Source: Lama glama
Lineage: Eukaryota
Direction: 5' to 3'
DNA length: 64,000 bases
Assembly: GCA_028534125.1 (NCBI GenBank)
Contig: CM052817.1
Coordinates: 60,390,001-60,454,000, forward strand
The notes beneath the pieces are model-generated. The model was not told the DNA's origin. It made no database searches and saw only the letters and a program-made list of their open reading frames with translations. The position numbers were made by a program, and so were the translations under genes. Each line of letters begins with the position of its first letter. Positions within the stretch are counted from its first letter, which is position 1. Positions 28,266 to 38,390 of the stretch are shown piece by piece.

Positions 28266-29188
28266 ATACTGCTAATGTAAGCAGATAAATGTACAGATCC
28301 TTGCAGTGATGAGGGAACTGAAGCAAGACCTTGGAGTGCCACTGGCTAGATCTGCCTTTTGACTCTCACAGTATTTCCTAAGGAAATCCTAAGGACCCTC
28401 ATTTCTAGTGTATTAAAAAAAAAATCTGAAATTTCCATCCCAAGTGGTTGCCTAAGTGCTGTTGGAACTCCTCTCCCTACTGAGCATCAATTAAAATGAT
28501 TTCAGAGAAAGACAAAAGACATAAACATACCACAACCAGCATTCAGACGGTTGCTTAGGCCACAACCCAGAGAGCATCTTTGTTGCTCCTCTTGCCCTCA
28601 TGCTGTCATTTGCAGTCCATCAACAAGTTCAGTGTTTTCCTGTCATCAAATATGTCCTGAGTATTGTAACTGCTTATAACATTCCCTGTTACCACCTTAG
28701 TCTAACCCACAATGATCTTTTTTGCAGGTGGTTTCAGTGGCCTCCTGAATGGTAATCCTACTCTCACTCTTGCCCCCTGTAGTTAATTCTCTAAACCTAG
28801 AGTGATCTTTTAAAAATATAAGTATTATCATTTTTTTTTCTCCTGCTCAAAACAGTCCAAAGGTTTAGCATCACACTGAGAGTAAAATCTTTCATTCTCT
28901 GCATGATCTGACACCAACTTGACCTCCCCTCCTCCCCTTCTTCCTCTTATTCACTCTATTCCAAGTATCCTGGCATCCTCTCTATTCCTCAGAAGCCTAT
29001 CCCTTCTTCAGGGCCTTTGCACGTGACAGTCCTTCTTCCTGGAACATCTGCATGGCTTTCTTCCTCACTTCTTTCAGGCCTCTGCTCCATTATTGCCTCC
29101 TCATAGAGGTTTTCCTTCACCATAGTGTCTAATGTAACTCAGCTCCCTCCCCACCCCCTTATTGTGTTTCTTTTTTCAATAGCACTTT

Positions 29189-29675
29189 TGTGCTAGTAGT
29201 TCACTTGATCCCCTCCTCCCCTAAATCCATGTTCTGATCTCTTCTGCCAGCTCTGCCCTTGGTGGATCACCTCCTCTGAGATTCATCGCCCCTTGGCTCT
29301 GGGTTGAGATTGGCCAGTGGGAGCAGTGGCAGATCAGAGGGTAGAAAAAGAGAGAGATCAGGGTGTTTATTATTCCCTTGCTTCCTTTATGCCTCAAGCT
29401 TGCTTGTAGCCGTGTGCCTGTCCTCTAAGGCCGCAGATCCAGTCAGGCGGCACTTCCCCAGCTCATTCTTGTTCTCCTCTAGGAACACGGTTTTCCTTAC
29501 TTGCCTATCAGGCCTAGAATGGTTCTAGTTTCCCATTGTTGCTGCTTTCTAGGTGCTTTATCATCCCTTGTTGGTTTCTTTAGCCCTGTCCATATCTCTG
29601 TATAAAGCTCCTTTGTTAACTCTCTTCAGTTAAACTTGTTGCCACCTGAATCCTACCTGAAATCCGGATGATGCA
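29189..29675 (+). mobile_element. ERVL solo LTR (LTR33-like)
   Basis: TG...CA ends with 5-bp TSD acttt/acttc; internal attggccagtgggagcagtggcagatcagagggtag...gagatcagggtgtttatt. Confidence 0.75.
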
Positions 29676-29758
29676 ACTTCTCTTCCCATTACTTGAAACT
29701 TCACACTTATTTGTTTTTTATTGTTTAACTCTGCCACCAGAATGTAAGCTGTATGAGT

Positions 29759-30334
29759 TATAGTAAGCAGGACTATGCCCCTCAACCCTGCCAAGATGTA
29801 CATGTCCTGATCTTTTGAACCTGTGAATATGTTACCTTACATGGCAAGACAGACTTTGCAGATGTGATTAAGAATAAAGACATTGAGATGGGGAGATTAT
29901 CCTAGATTGTCTGTGTGGGCCCAGTATAATCCTATGAGGCCTTCAAAGCAGAAACTTTCCTGGCTGGGTCAGAGAGATGAGATAGGAAAAGACAGGAGAG
30001 AATAAAAGCTGGAGAGATCTCGATTTGACATTGCTGACTTTGAAAATGAAGGAGGGAGCCGCAGGCCAAGGAGTGCAGAGGGAGCTGAGAACAGGGTTCA
30101 GCTGACCATCAGCAAGAAAATGAGGCTGTCAGTCCTAAAACCACAAGGAACTGCATTTTACCAATAATCTAGAAGAGAAGAAAACTGATCCTTCCTAGTG
30201 TCCTGCCAACTTTTTGATTTTATCCTTGTGAGAACTGTGTTAGACTTTTTACCTTCAGAACTGTAAGATTTTTGTTGTTTAAGCCACTGAATCTGTGGGT
30301 AATCTGCTAGGCCGGCAATAGAAAACTTAATGCA
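29759..30334 (+). mobile_element. MaLR solo LTR (MLT1D/E-like)
   Basis: gaacctgtgaatatgttaccttacatggcaagacagactttgcagatgtgattaag...gcaatagaaaacttaatgca; TSD tgagt/tgagg. Confidence 0.85.
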
Positions 30335-31388
30335 TGAGGTTTGGGTTTGTCCAAACCTTTGTTGTAGATACAGTGCCTGGAATAGTACTTGCACGCGTAA
30401 AGACGCTGAGTGAGTATCTGGGGAACTCATGAATTGATTTGTTAATTTATTTTAAGAAACCTTTGTTCATCTTAACAAAGCCTGTGAAAGAACATAGTTA
30501 TATCCAGTATTTACAAAATATGATTGCCCATGAGCTTTTCAAGAAGTAAGCTCAGAAAAAAGGAGTTCAATGGATTTTACCACAGGTATTTCAAAGCCTT
30601 GTCAAAATAAACTTTCTATTCGACCTGTCATTTTAGAATTCAAATGGAAAATCAATTCCCTTTCAAGGTCAAAGTGAGCTTTATATTTTCAGTACTTTAG
30701 ATGTATACCTGACATCTAAAATCTGGTTTTTAAAAATGTGGATTAATTAAACTACCTCATAGGCTTATTTTGGTTCCTCTTAAAATTGTCAAAGTCTATT
30801 TTTTCATTGAACTTGCTGTGTAGATCACTTTAACAGCTTTTTTTCTGAAAATATCTAATGCTGTTGTGCCTCTATAGCACACTCCATGAACTTAAAAAAA
30901 ATCTAATTTAAAACTCTAAATGTGTGATTTTTATGTGTGAAAAGATACGTACTTAGGCAAACTATATTCTATTGTACTTAAAATAGACTGCATTATCAAT
31001 TCAGATGTATAACTGATCAAATTAGAAGAGGGCAATTAAAAATAGTCATCTCGGCAACTATTAATTAACTTTAAATTTAACTTTCTCTGTACTCCACTTA
31101 TCTAGAAAGAGACAGGAATTTGAAGCTAATGCTACATTATCAGAAGTCAAAACAGTTTTAAAAATACACCTGAAGGTGTATTTTTCAAGTTTACTATAGT
31201 CTGAATATTCTGTGGAAATGGTTACTTAAATCTGAATCTTCAAATACTCGAATTATCGGAAAGTCCAAGTTCTCCATCTAGATGTCACTGTCCTTGTAAA
31301 CAGTTTTGTGGTTTAGAATTGTTGTCAAAACGTAGCTCCTTCTAGAGAACATGGTTTGTTTTATCTATATCTTCATCATTTTTTGTTA

Positions 31389-31576
31389 TGGTGGTTCTTA
31401 AAGTGTGGTTCCTGAATCAGTAGCATCATTATCACCTGGGAAACTGTAGGAAGTGCAAATTCTTGGACCCCACTCAGTTCTGCGGAGTTAGAGACTCTGG
31501 GGGTGGGGCCCAACAATCTATATTTGCTGAGCCCTCCAGGTGGTTTTGAAGCATGCGTAAATTCAAGGAGCCCTAC
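31389..31576. mobile_element. MER5A DNA transposon
   Basis: gtggttcttaaagtgtggttcct...agcatcattatcacctggga...gagactctgggggtggggcccaacaatct...ccctccaggtggtttt. Confidence 0.85.
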
Positions 31577-32134
31577 ACTAGCCCCATAAATTACCTGCAT
31601 TCCACAGGGTCTTCTACTCATTAATTGAGCAGATTTAAACTAAAATGATAAATGAGGAAAATAAGATAAACTGGATGCCTTATGTAAAGAGCCACGGATT
31701 TCTGAAAGTTTGTTGCCTGAGATATAACTGCATATATTTAAAATATCTCAATCTTCATAAGTTTCCAATTTACTAATAAGGAAACTGGGTAACAGCATGT
31801 TCCATGTAGGAAAATTAGTAAAGGAGAATCTGCAACCTTGCAAAACATTTGCACCTTTCATTTATAGTTTTATTTTTCCCTTTTATGTGTCTGTGAAGTT
31901 TATGTTGAATATAGTACCAAACAATGTATCATGAGGTCAAAATAATGATTTTATTGCCCCCTTTAAAGACATAAACATGTTTTCCTCAATATTGAAAAAA
32001 TGATGGTGCTAACCCTAATCAATAGATGTTTTCTTTATGATGGATTTGTTCTAATACATCTGAAGAGTCCCTGTAGCTGCTGAGAGCACTCAATAGAAGG
32101 CCCATTAGGGATTCCTCATGGCACCCAGCTGATA

Positions 32135-32510
32135 CATTCATTCAAACAAGTACTTAGTAAGTGCCCACAAGATACTTAATTACTGCCAGATACTGAACAG
32201 GACATGGTAAAGTAAGGCAATTCTCTGTCTTCCAGGATTTTATAATTTAGCCAGGAATTAAAAGGACCAAACATTTGTCTCATACTATCATGTGTCAGGC
32301 ACTGAACAGAGGAGATAGAAACTGTATCAGTTAATCCATGGGGCCCCTCAGGAAAGTTGGCATTATTCCCAGTTTACAAGTAAGAACACATTAGTCTGAG
32401 AGATGCATAGAATTTGTTCAGATTCATCAGATAAGGTAGTGTGCAGGTGAAATTTAAAATCAGGAATGATATTTAAGTCCGTGTGGTTCATGTGGTCCTT
32501 GTACCACTCC
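32135..32510 (-). mobile_element. L2 3' end (32135-32240) followed by MIR (32270-32510)
   Basis: cattcattcaaacaagtacttagtaagtgcccac, then tgtgtcaggcactg...attattcccagtttacaagtaagaacac. Confidence 0.55.
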
Positions 32511-33772
32511 TCATATGAAACGTAAGCAGCAGTTCCTAGATGTGCACAGTAAGTGCCTAGGTGCAGAGTTTGTATTACTGGCCAGAGGGAAATTAGAAAA
32601 GCAGTGGTAACTGGGTGGGGAAGCGAAGACATCCCCCCCAGAAAATTCAACAGAAATGTTCATTGTAAGAAAATGTGTCATTGCTTCGATAGGAGGGGGA
32701 AAAAAGGTTAAAAGTATTCCAGAAGGGAGACTATTTTAAACAGAAATGCATAGTTAGGAATGAGAAAGGCAGGTTCTGGGAGAGTGATGAAATCAGCCCA
32801 GCACATTTTAGGTGGCCAGTAAATGGTATAGAATGGCTTTGCTAGCTCTGGCTGTGTATGAAGGCATGCACTGTAACAATTAAAGGATAGCAGTGAACAG
32901 CATCGCTGAGATTCACCTAAGTGATACATCTACTGGCTGTGTCCTTGTACATTTAGCCAAGGGTTTGAGGTCCCTACGACTTTTGGCTTTAACCTTGGAT
33001 ATGCATTGTCTTTCCTCATGTAAGTTATAATTCTGCTTCTCTGCAGTCAACAGGATCCATTCAACTTAGTCATATTATCTCTTAAAGAAGACCTTACAGG
33101 TATATTTTCATAAATTTCTCAAATCTTTGGAGCTGAACGTATTACTGAAAGTAACAAATCTCCTTGGTACTTGTTTGCAGATACTGCAACATGCTGGGAA
33201 AACGCAGTTTTACTTTCAGTAATCCAGTTTTCATTCAACTTAGTATTAACAAGAGATTCATAGATACTTATAGGAAGTATAGCATGTTTGAAGAAAAGAT
33301 ACATTTGATTGGCTTATCCTGTTAGCTTCAGTGGATTTTGATATGCCTCTGTATTTATTTTGAATCAAAGTCTCCATGTAGAAGTAGATTTCAAGGAAAA
33401 ATTTCAAAAGAGCTTTTGTTTTACTTTTTAAAGTCCTCTCTGTATAAAAAAGTTTTTTTGTCATTTGGTCACTGTGAATTTCAAAAGGGTGTCCTTTGAT
33501 AGAATAGTCATTCCCCAAAGATCTTTGATCTACTCTGGGGAATGTCATTGTTCCTAAAGAAGATAATAATAGCAGCAAGAAAATAATAAACATTCTCTAT
33601 ATGGTATCACAGTTATAACTGATTACAGACAGGCAGATTGATTTTTAATCTATAGACACATGACAAAGTCAGCAGCAGAGGAGCTGATAATGCTTTCCTT
33701 TCATATTATGAGGGATATATTTAAGATCTGGAATTCAAACGTGAATTCTGGTACTTTGAAAAGATAACAGGT

Positions 33773-35630
33773 GAGGAGTGACATCAACATCACGGTGACA
33801 CGGGTTGTTCCCTTTTTCTCTCCTCTTTGATTTACAACAAACTGGACATCTGTAGGTTCTGACCACCAGAAGTCCTACCGAGACGGAATGAATTACTGGA
33901 GACTGTGGAAAGTCAAGAGAGTGAGAGAGAGTTGGGGACCAACTCACAGAGGATCTCAAATGCTCCTGCATTTGTTGTGTACAATCAAAGGAAAAAAATC
34001 ACTAACAGTTGTGTGATGGAACGCAGGAATTTAGGGAAAGACAAGAGGGGATTGAGATTGTAGAAGTCACGGTGAGTACAAGGGCTTAGTTTATCATTAG
34101 GGAAGTCATGGGCAGAGGGGAACAAGATACATTCTTATAGATATCTTAGAGCAGACCATGAGACCAGCCAGTTCGTTGTTTTGGGGTTAGAAGACTATCT
34201 AACAGTAGGCACGTCCAGCGTTAATAGCTGGACAACAAGCAGAGTGCTATCTAAAACCTAACTATGCAAGCAAGGCATTGTCTCCGCTTTTTAAGGCAAG
34301 GAGACCGGGGTGCGGATGCACGGGCGCCTGCTAGCAAAGCAGTTACTAACAGCTGGGGTCTGTTACAATTTGTTAACCCAATCCTGGGCTCCCACAGACA
34401 TCCATAACCAAAAAACAAAAAAGAAGTTTTTTTCTGTACCGCATACCAGAACACCTGAAAGATTCATCCATCATAGCACCCAAAAGTAAGTGAATTGATT
34501 GGACACCAAAGAGGTTATGAAGCAAGGGATGTGGTGGTAAAGGCAGTGATGGCAGAGAAGGTGGCAGCCAGCCCAGCAGTAAAAATCATCCAAATTAGAA
34601 AGGAAGAAAAAAATTATTGTTATTTGCTGGTGATATTATCCGATATAAAGAAAGTCCTGAAGAATAAGTCAAAAAACTGTTGGAATTAATGATTTCTATA
34701 AAGTGGCAGTATACAAAATCAATATATAAAAATCAGTTACATTCCTTTACACTAATCAGAAAGCATCTGTGAAAGAAATAAAACCATCCCATTCATAATA
34801 GCATCAAAAACAATAAAATACTTAGGAATAACTTCAACTAAGGAAGTCAAAACATATATAATAAAAGCTACAAAAGTTTACTTAAAGAAATTGAGAAAGG
34901 CACAAACAAAAGGAAAGATATCCCATGTTTATGGATCTGAAGAGTTAATATTGTTAAAATGACCATACTACCCAAATCCATATACAGATTCAATGCAGTC
35001 CCCATTAAAATACCAAAGTTCTTCACAGAAATAGAAGAAACAATTGTAGAATTTTTTGGTTACACAAAAGACCCCAAACAGCTGAAGCAATGCTGAAAAA
35101 AAAAAGGAACAAAACTGGAGGTAACATTCTTCTCAGTTTCAAACTATACTACAAAACAGTAGTAATAAAAGCAGTATGGTACTGGCACAAAAATAGACAC
35201 ACTGAACAATGGAACAGAACAGAAAACCCAGAATTAAACCTTGCTATATACGGTCAACTAACATTTGAAAAGGGCACCAAGAATACCCCATGAGAAAGGG
35301 ATTATCTCTTTATCAATAGATGCTGGGAAAACTGGAGAAGCATATAGAACAATGAAATTGGACCCCTATCTCACACCACTTACAAAAAGTAACTCAAAAT
35401 GGATCAAAGACTTGAACATAAGACCTGATTCGCTAAAAACTCCTAGAAAGAAACTTGAACACTAAGCTCATCAATATCGATCTTTGCAATAATTTTGGGG
35501 ACATGATGCCAAAACAAAAGCAAAATTTTGAGAATAATATGCTACATGAACTAAGTCAGGCAGAGAAAGTCAAGTACTGTATGATATCACTTATATGTGG
35601 AATCTAAGAAAGTTAAACATAAAAAATAGG
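33773..35630 (+). mobile_element. Host L1, 5' part: 5'UTR, ORF2 RT/C-terminal segment and start of 3'UTR, with large internal deletions
   Basis: Starts gaggagtgacatcaacatcacgg, like an L1 5' end. From ~34580 it encodes degraded ORF2 (VKIIQIRKEE, FAGDI for [50 protein letters not shown]). Confidence 0.85.
33851..34396 (-). mobile_element. Solo LTR, 546 bp, probable ERV class II (betaretrovirus-like)
   Basis: tgtagg...cccaca termini flanked by a perfect 6-bp direct repeat gacatc (33845-33850 and 34397-34402). The minus strand starts TGTGGGAGCC, and several CpGs are retained. Confidence 0.85.
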
Positions 35631-36771
35631 GTATGTCTTCATTGGGGAATTGCTTGTTTAGATCTTCTGCCAATTTTTGGATTGGGTTATTTGTTTTCCT
35701 GTTATTAAGCTGTATGAAATGCTTATATTCTGGAAATTAAGCCCTTGTCAGTTACATCATTTGCAGATATTTTCTCCCATTCCATAGGTTGTCTTTTTGT
35801 TTTGCTTATGGTTTCCTTTGCTATGCAGAAGATTGTAAGTTTAATTAGGTCCTGTTTGTTTATTTTTGCTTTTATTTCTATTGCCTGGATAGACTGCCCT
35901 AGGAAAACATTGCTAAGCTAATAGGCACATGAAAAAATGCTCAGTATCACTAATTATCAGAGAAATGCAAATCAGATCTGTAGTGAGAATGGCCATCATT
36001 AAAAAGTCCACAACGATAAATACTGGAGAGTTTGTTGAGAAAAGGGAACCTTCCTACACTGTTGATGGGAATGCAGTTTGGTGCAGCCATTATGGAAAAC
36101 AGTATGGAGATTCCTCAAAAAACTAAAGATAGATTTACCATATGATTTAGCAATCCCACTCCTGGGCATACATCTGGAGGGAACTCTAATTGGAAAAGAT
36201 ACATGCACCTTAATGTTCATAGTGGCACTGTGTACAATAGCCAAGACATGGAAACAACCTGTATGTCCATCAACAGATGATTGGATAAAGAAGCTGTGGT
36301 ATATTTACACAATGAAATACTACTCAGCCATAAAAAAGAATAAAATAATGCCATTTGCAACAAAATGAACAGACCTGAAGATTGCCATACTAAGTGAAGT
36401 AAGCCAGAAAAAGAAAGAAAAATACCATATGATATTACTTATACGTGGAATCTAAAAAAATGACACAAATGAACTTATTTACAAAACAGAAACAGACTCA
36501 CAGACAGAAAACAAACGTATGGTTACCAGGAGGGGAAGGAGGTGGGAAGTGATAAATTGGGTTTTGAGATTTGGCAGATACTATTATATATGTAATAGAT
36601 AAACAAGTTTCTTCTGTACAGCACAGGGAACTATATTCATTATCTTGTAGTAACCTATAATGAAAAAGAATATGAAAATGAATATGTGTGTGTATGTATC
36701 TGTGTGTGTATGTGTGTGTGAAACATTATTCTGTACACCAAAAATTGACACATTATAAACTGACTGTACTT
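35631..36771 (+). mobile_element. Younger 5'-inverted (twin-primed) L1: inverted ORF2 35631-35916, sense ORF2 end plus 3'UTR 35917-36771
   Basis: ORF 36078-36368 encodes [22 protein letters not shown]...[20 protein letters not shown]. The 3'UTR acagcacagggaactatattc...gtaacctataatgaaaaagaatatg is cetartiodactyl-type. Confidence 0.92.
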
Positions 36772-37900
36772 ATCTGTGAAGCTTTTCATTTCTCCATCAA
36801 ATCTGAATGAGAGCCTTGCTGGCTAGAGCATTCTTGGCTGTAAGTTTTTTCCTTTCATCACTTTAAATATATTGTGCCACTCTCTTCTGGCCTATAGGGT
36901 TCCTGCTAAAAAATCAGCTGATAACCTTATGGAAGTTCTCTTGTATGTTATTTGTTGCTTTTCTCTTGCTGATTTTAGTATTTTCTCCTTACCCTTAATT
37001 TTTGTTAATTTGATTACTATGTGCCTCAGTGTTAACCTCTTTGAGTTAATTCTGTGTGGAACTCTGCACTTCTGGACTTGGGTGACTATTTCCTTTCCCA
37101 AGTTAGGGAATTTTACAGTTAGTATATCTTCAAATATTTTCTCAAGCTCTTTCTCTTTCTCTTCTCTTTCTGGGACCTCTATAATGCAAACACTAGTGCA
37201 CTTCATGTTGTCCCTGAATTCTCTTAAACTATTTATTTCTGTTTATTCTTTTTTTCTTTTTTCTGATCTGTCTTTTAGCTCACCGGTCTTTTCTTCTGCC
37301 TCATTTAGTCTACTCTTAGTTCCTTCTACTGTGCTATTCATTTCAGTAATTTTATTCTTGAGCTCTGTTTAGGTATTCGTAGTATTTTCCAACTCTTTGC
37401 TAAAAACTTCCCTCTGTGCATCTGTACTCCTCCTGACTTCTCTGAACATCTTCACGATCACTACTCTAAACTCTTTCCTGGATAGATTGCCTATCTCCTC
37501 ATCATTTATTTCTTCTGGGATTTTACCTTGTGCCTTGGCCTGGGAGATATTTCTCTGCCACCTCATGTTGTCTAACTTTCTGTTTGTATTTTCAGGTGGG
37601 TTAGTTATATTTCTCGGCCTTGGAGAAGTGGCCTTCTTTGGGAGACATCCTGTGCATCCCAGCAGTGCACTTCTCTCTTGTCCTCCAAGGGCCAAGGTCC
37701 AGCCGGTCCCAGTATAGAGTCTGGCCTGCCTTTGCAGATTCCTTCCACAAGCTGTGGGATTGTTGTTTTCTTATTTCTGGTCTCTGCCCCCTGGTAGATG
37801 AGGCTGAACTAGAGGCTTATGCAAGTTTCCTGGCAGGAGGAAATAGTGCCTGCCCACTGCTGGGTGGAGCTTAGTCCTGGCCCTCTGGTGAGCAGGGCTG
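36772..37900 (-). mobile_element. L1 fragment: part of the 5'UTR plus most of ORF1, no 3' end
   Basis: Minus-strand ORFs encode ORF1p-like peptides MRWQRNISQAKAQGK...EFRVVIVKMFRE and IIEVPEREEKEK...RHIVIKLTKIKGKEKILKSAREKQQITYK..IRLSADF. Confidence 0.9.
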
Positions 37901-37915
37901 TAAACTGCTTATACT

Positions 37916-37963
37916 AGAAAGGAAGGAAGGAAGGAAGGAAGGAAGGAAGGAAGGAAGGAAGGA

Positions 37964-38026
<63 letters not shown>

Positions 38027-38153
38027 GAAGGAAGGAAGGAAGGAAGGAAGGAAGGAAGGAAGGAAGAAAGAAAAGAAAGAGAGAGAGAGAAAGAAAGAAG
38101 GAAGGAAGGAAGGAAGGAAGGAAGGAAGGAAGGAAGGAAGGAAAGAAAGAAAA
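37916..38153. repeat. Compound (GGAA)n/(GAAA)n/(GA)n purine microsatellite
   Basis: Directly visible; about 238 nt containing only A and G on the + strand. Confidence 0.98.
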
Positions 38154-38390
38154 TGGCAGTTACCAGGGAATACGAGTGATGGTGTTTAAGGTACAAAGTT
38201 ATAACAAGTAGTAAATAAACTATAGATATCTAATGTACAGTATAATGAATATAGATAATATTGTACTATGATTATGTAAATATTAGTACACAAGCCATCA
38301 TATTACAGTATATAAAATATTAAAGTAACACTGTATGTCTCAAACTTACACAATGTTACACATCAAATTTGTTCAATTAATTTTTAAAAA
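38153..38390 (+). mobile_element. Host L1 3' end, continuation of 35526-35630
   Basis: atggcagttaccaggg...gatatctaatgtacagtata...aaacttacacaatgttacacatcaaattt. Confidence 0.8.

Larger units (their letters stand above)
28590..30440 (+). mobile_element. L2 (L2a-like) 3' region split by two LTR insertions
   Basis: L2 sequence (cttcagggcctttgcacgtgacagtccttcttcctggaac) is continuous across 29188/29676 and 29758/30335, ending acagtgcctggaatagta...atgaattgat. Confidence 0.8.

Noticed and set aside
35090..36368. L1 ORF2 pieces as an active or domesticated reverse transcriptase
   Set aside because: Fragmented by frameshifts, stops, an inversion and deletions; the catalytic FADD motif upstream has decayed to FAGD.
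36872..37874. Hydrophobic + strand ORFs of 166, 106 and 84 aa
   Set aside because: Antisense shadows of the A-rich L1 ORF1/5'UTR, not genes.
37909..38196. 95-aa FLPS-repeat ORF
   Set aside because: It is a translation of the antisense microsatellite.
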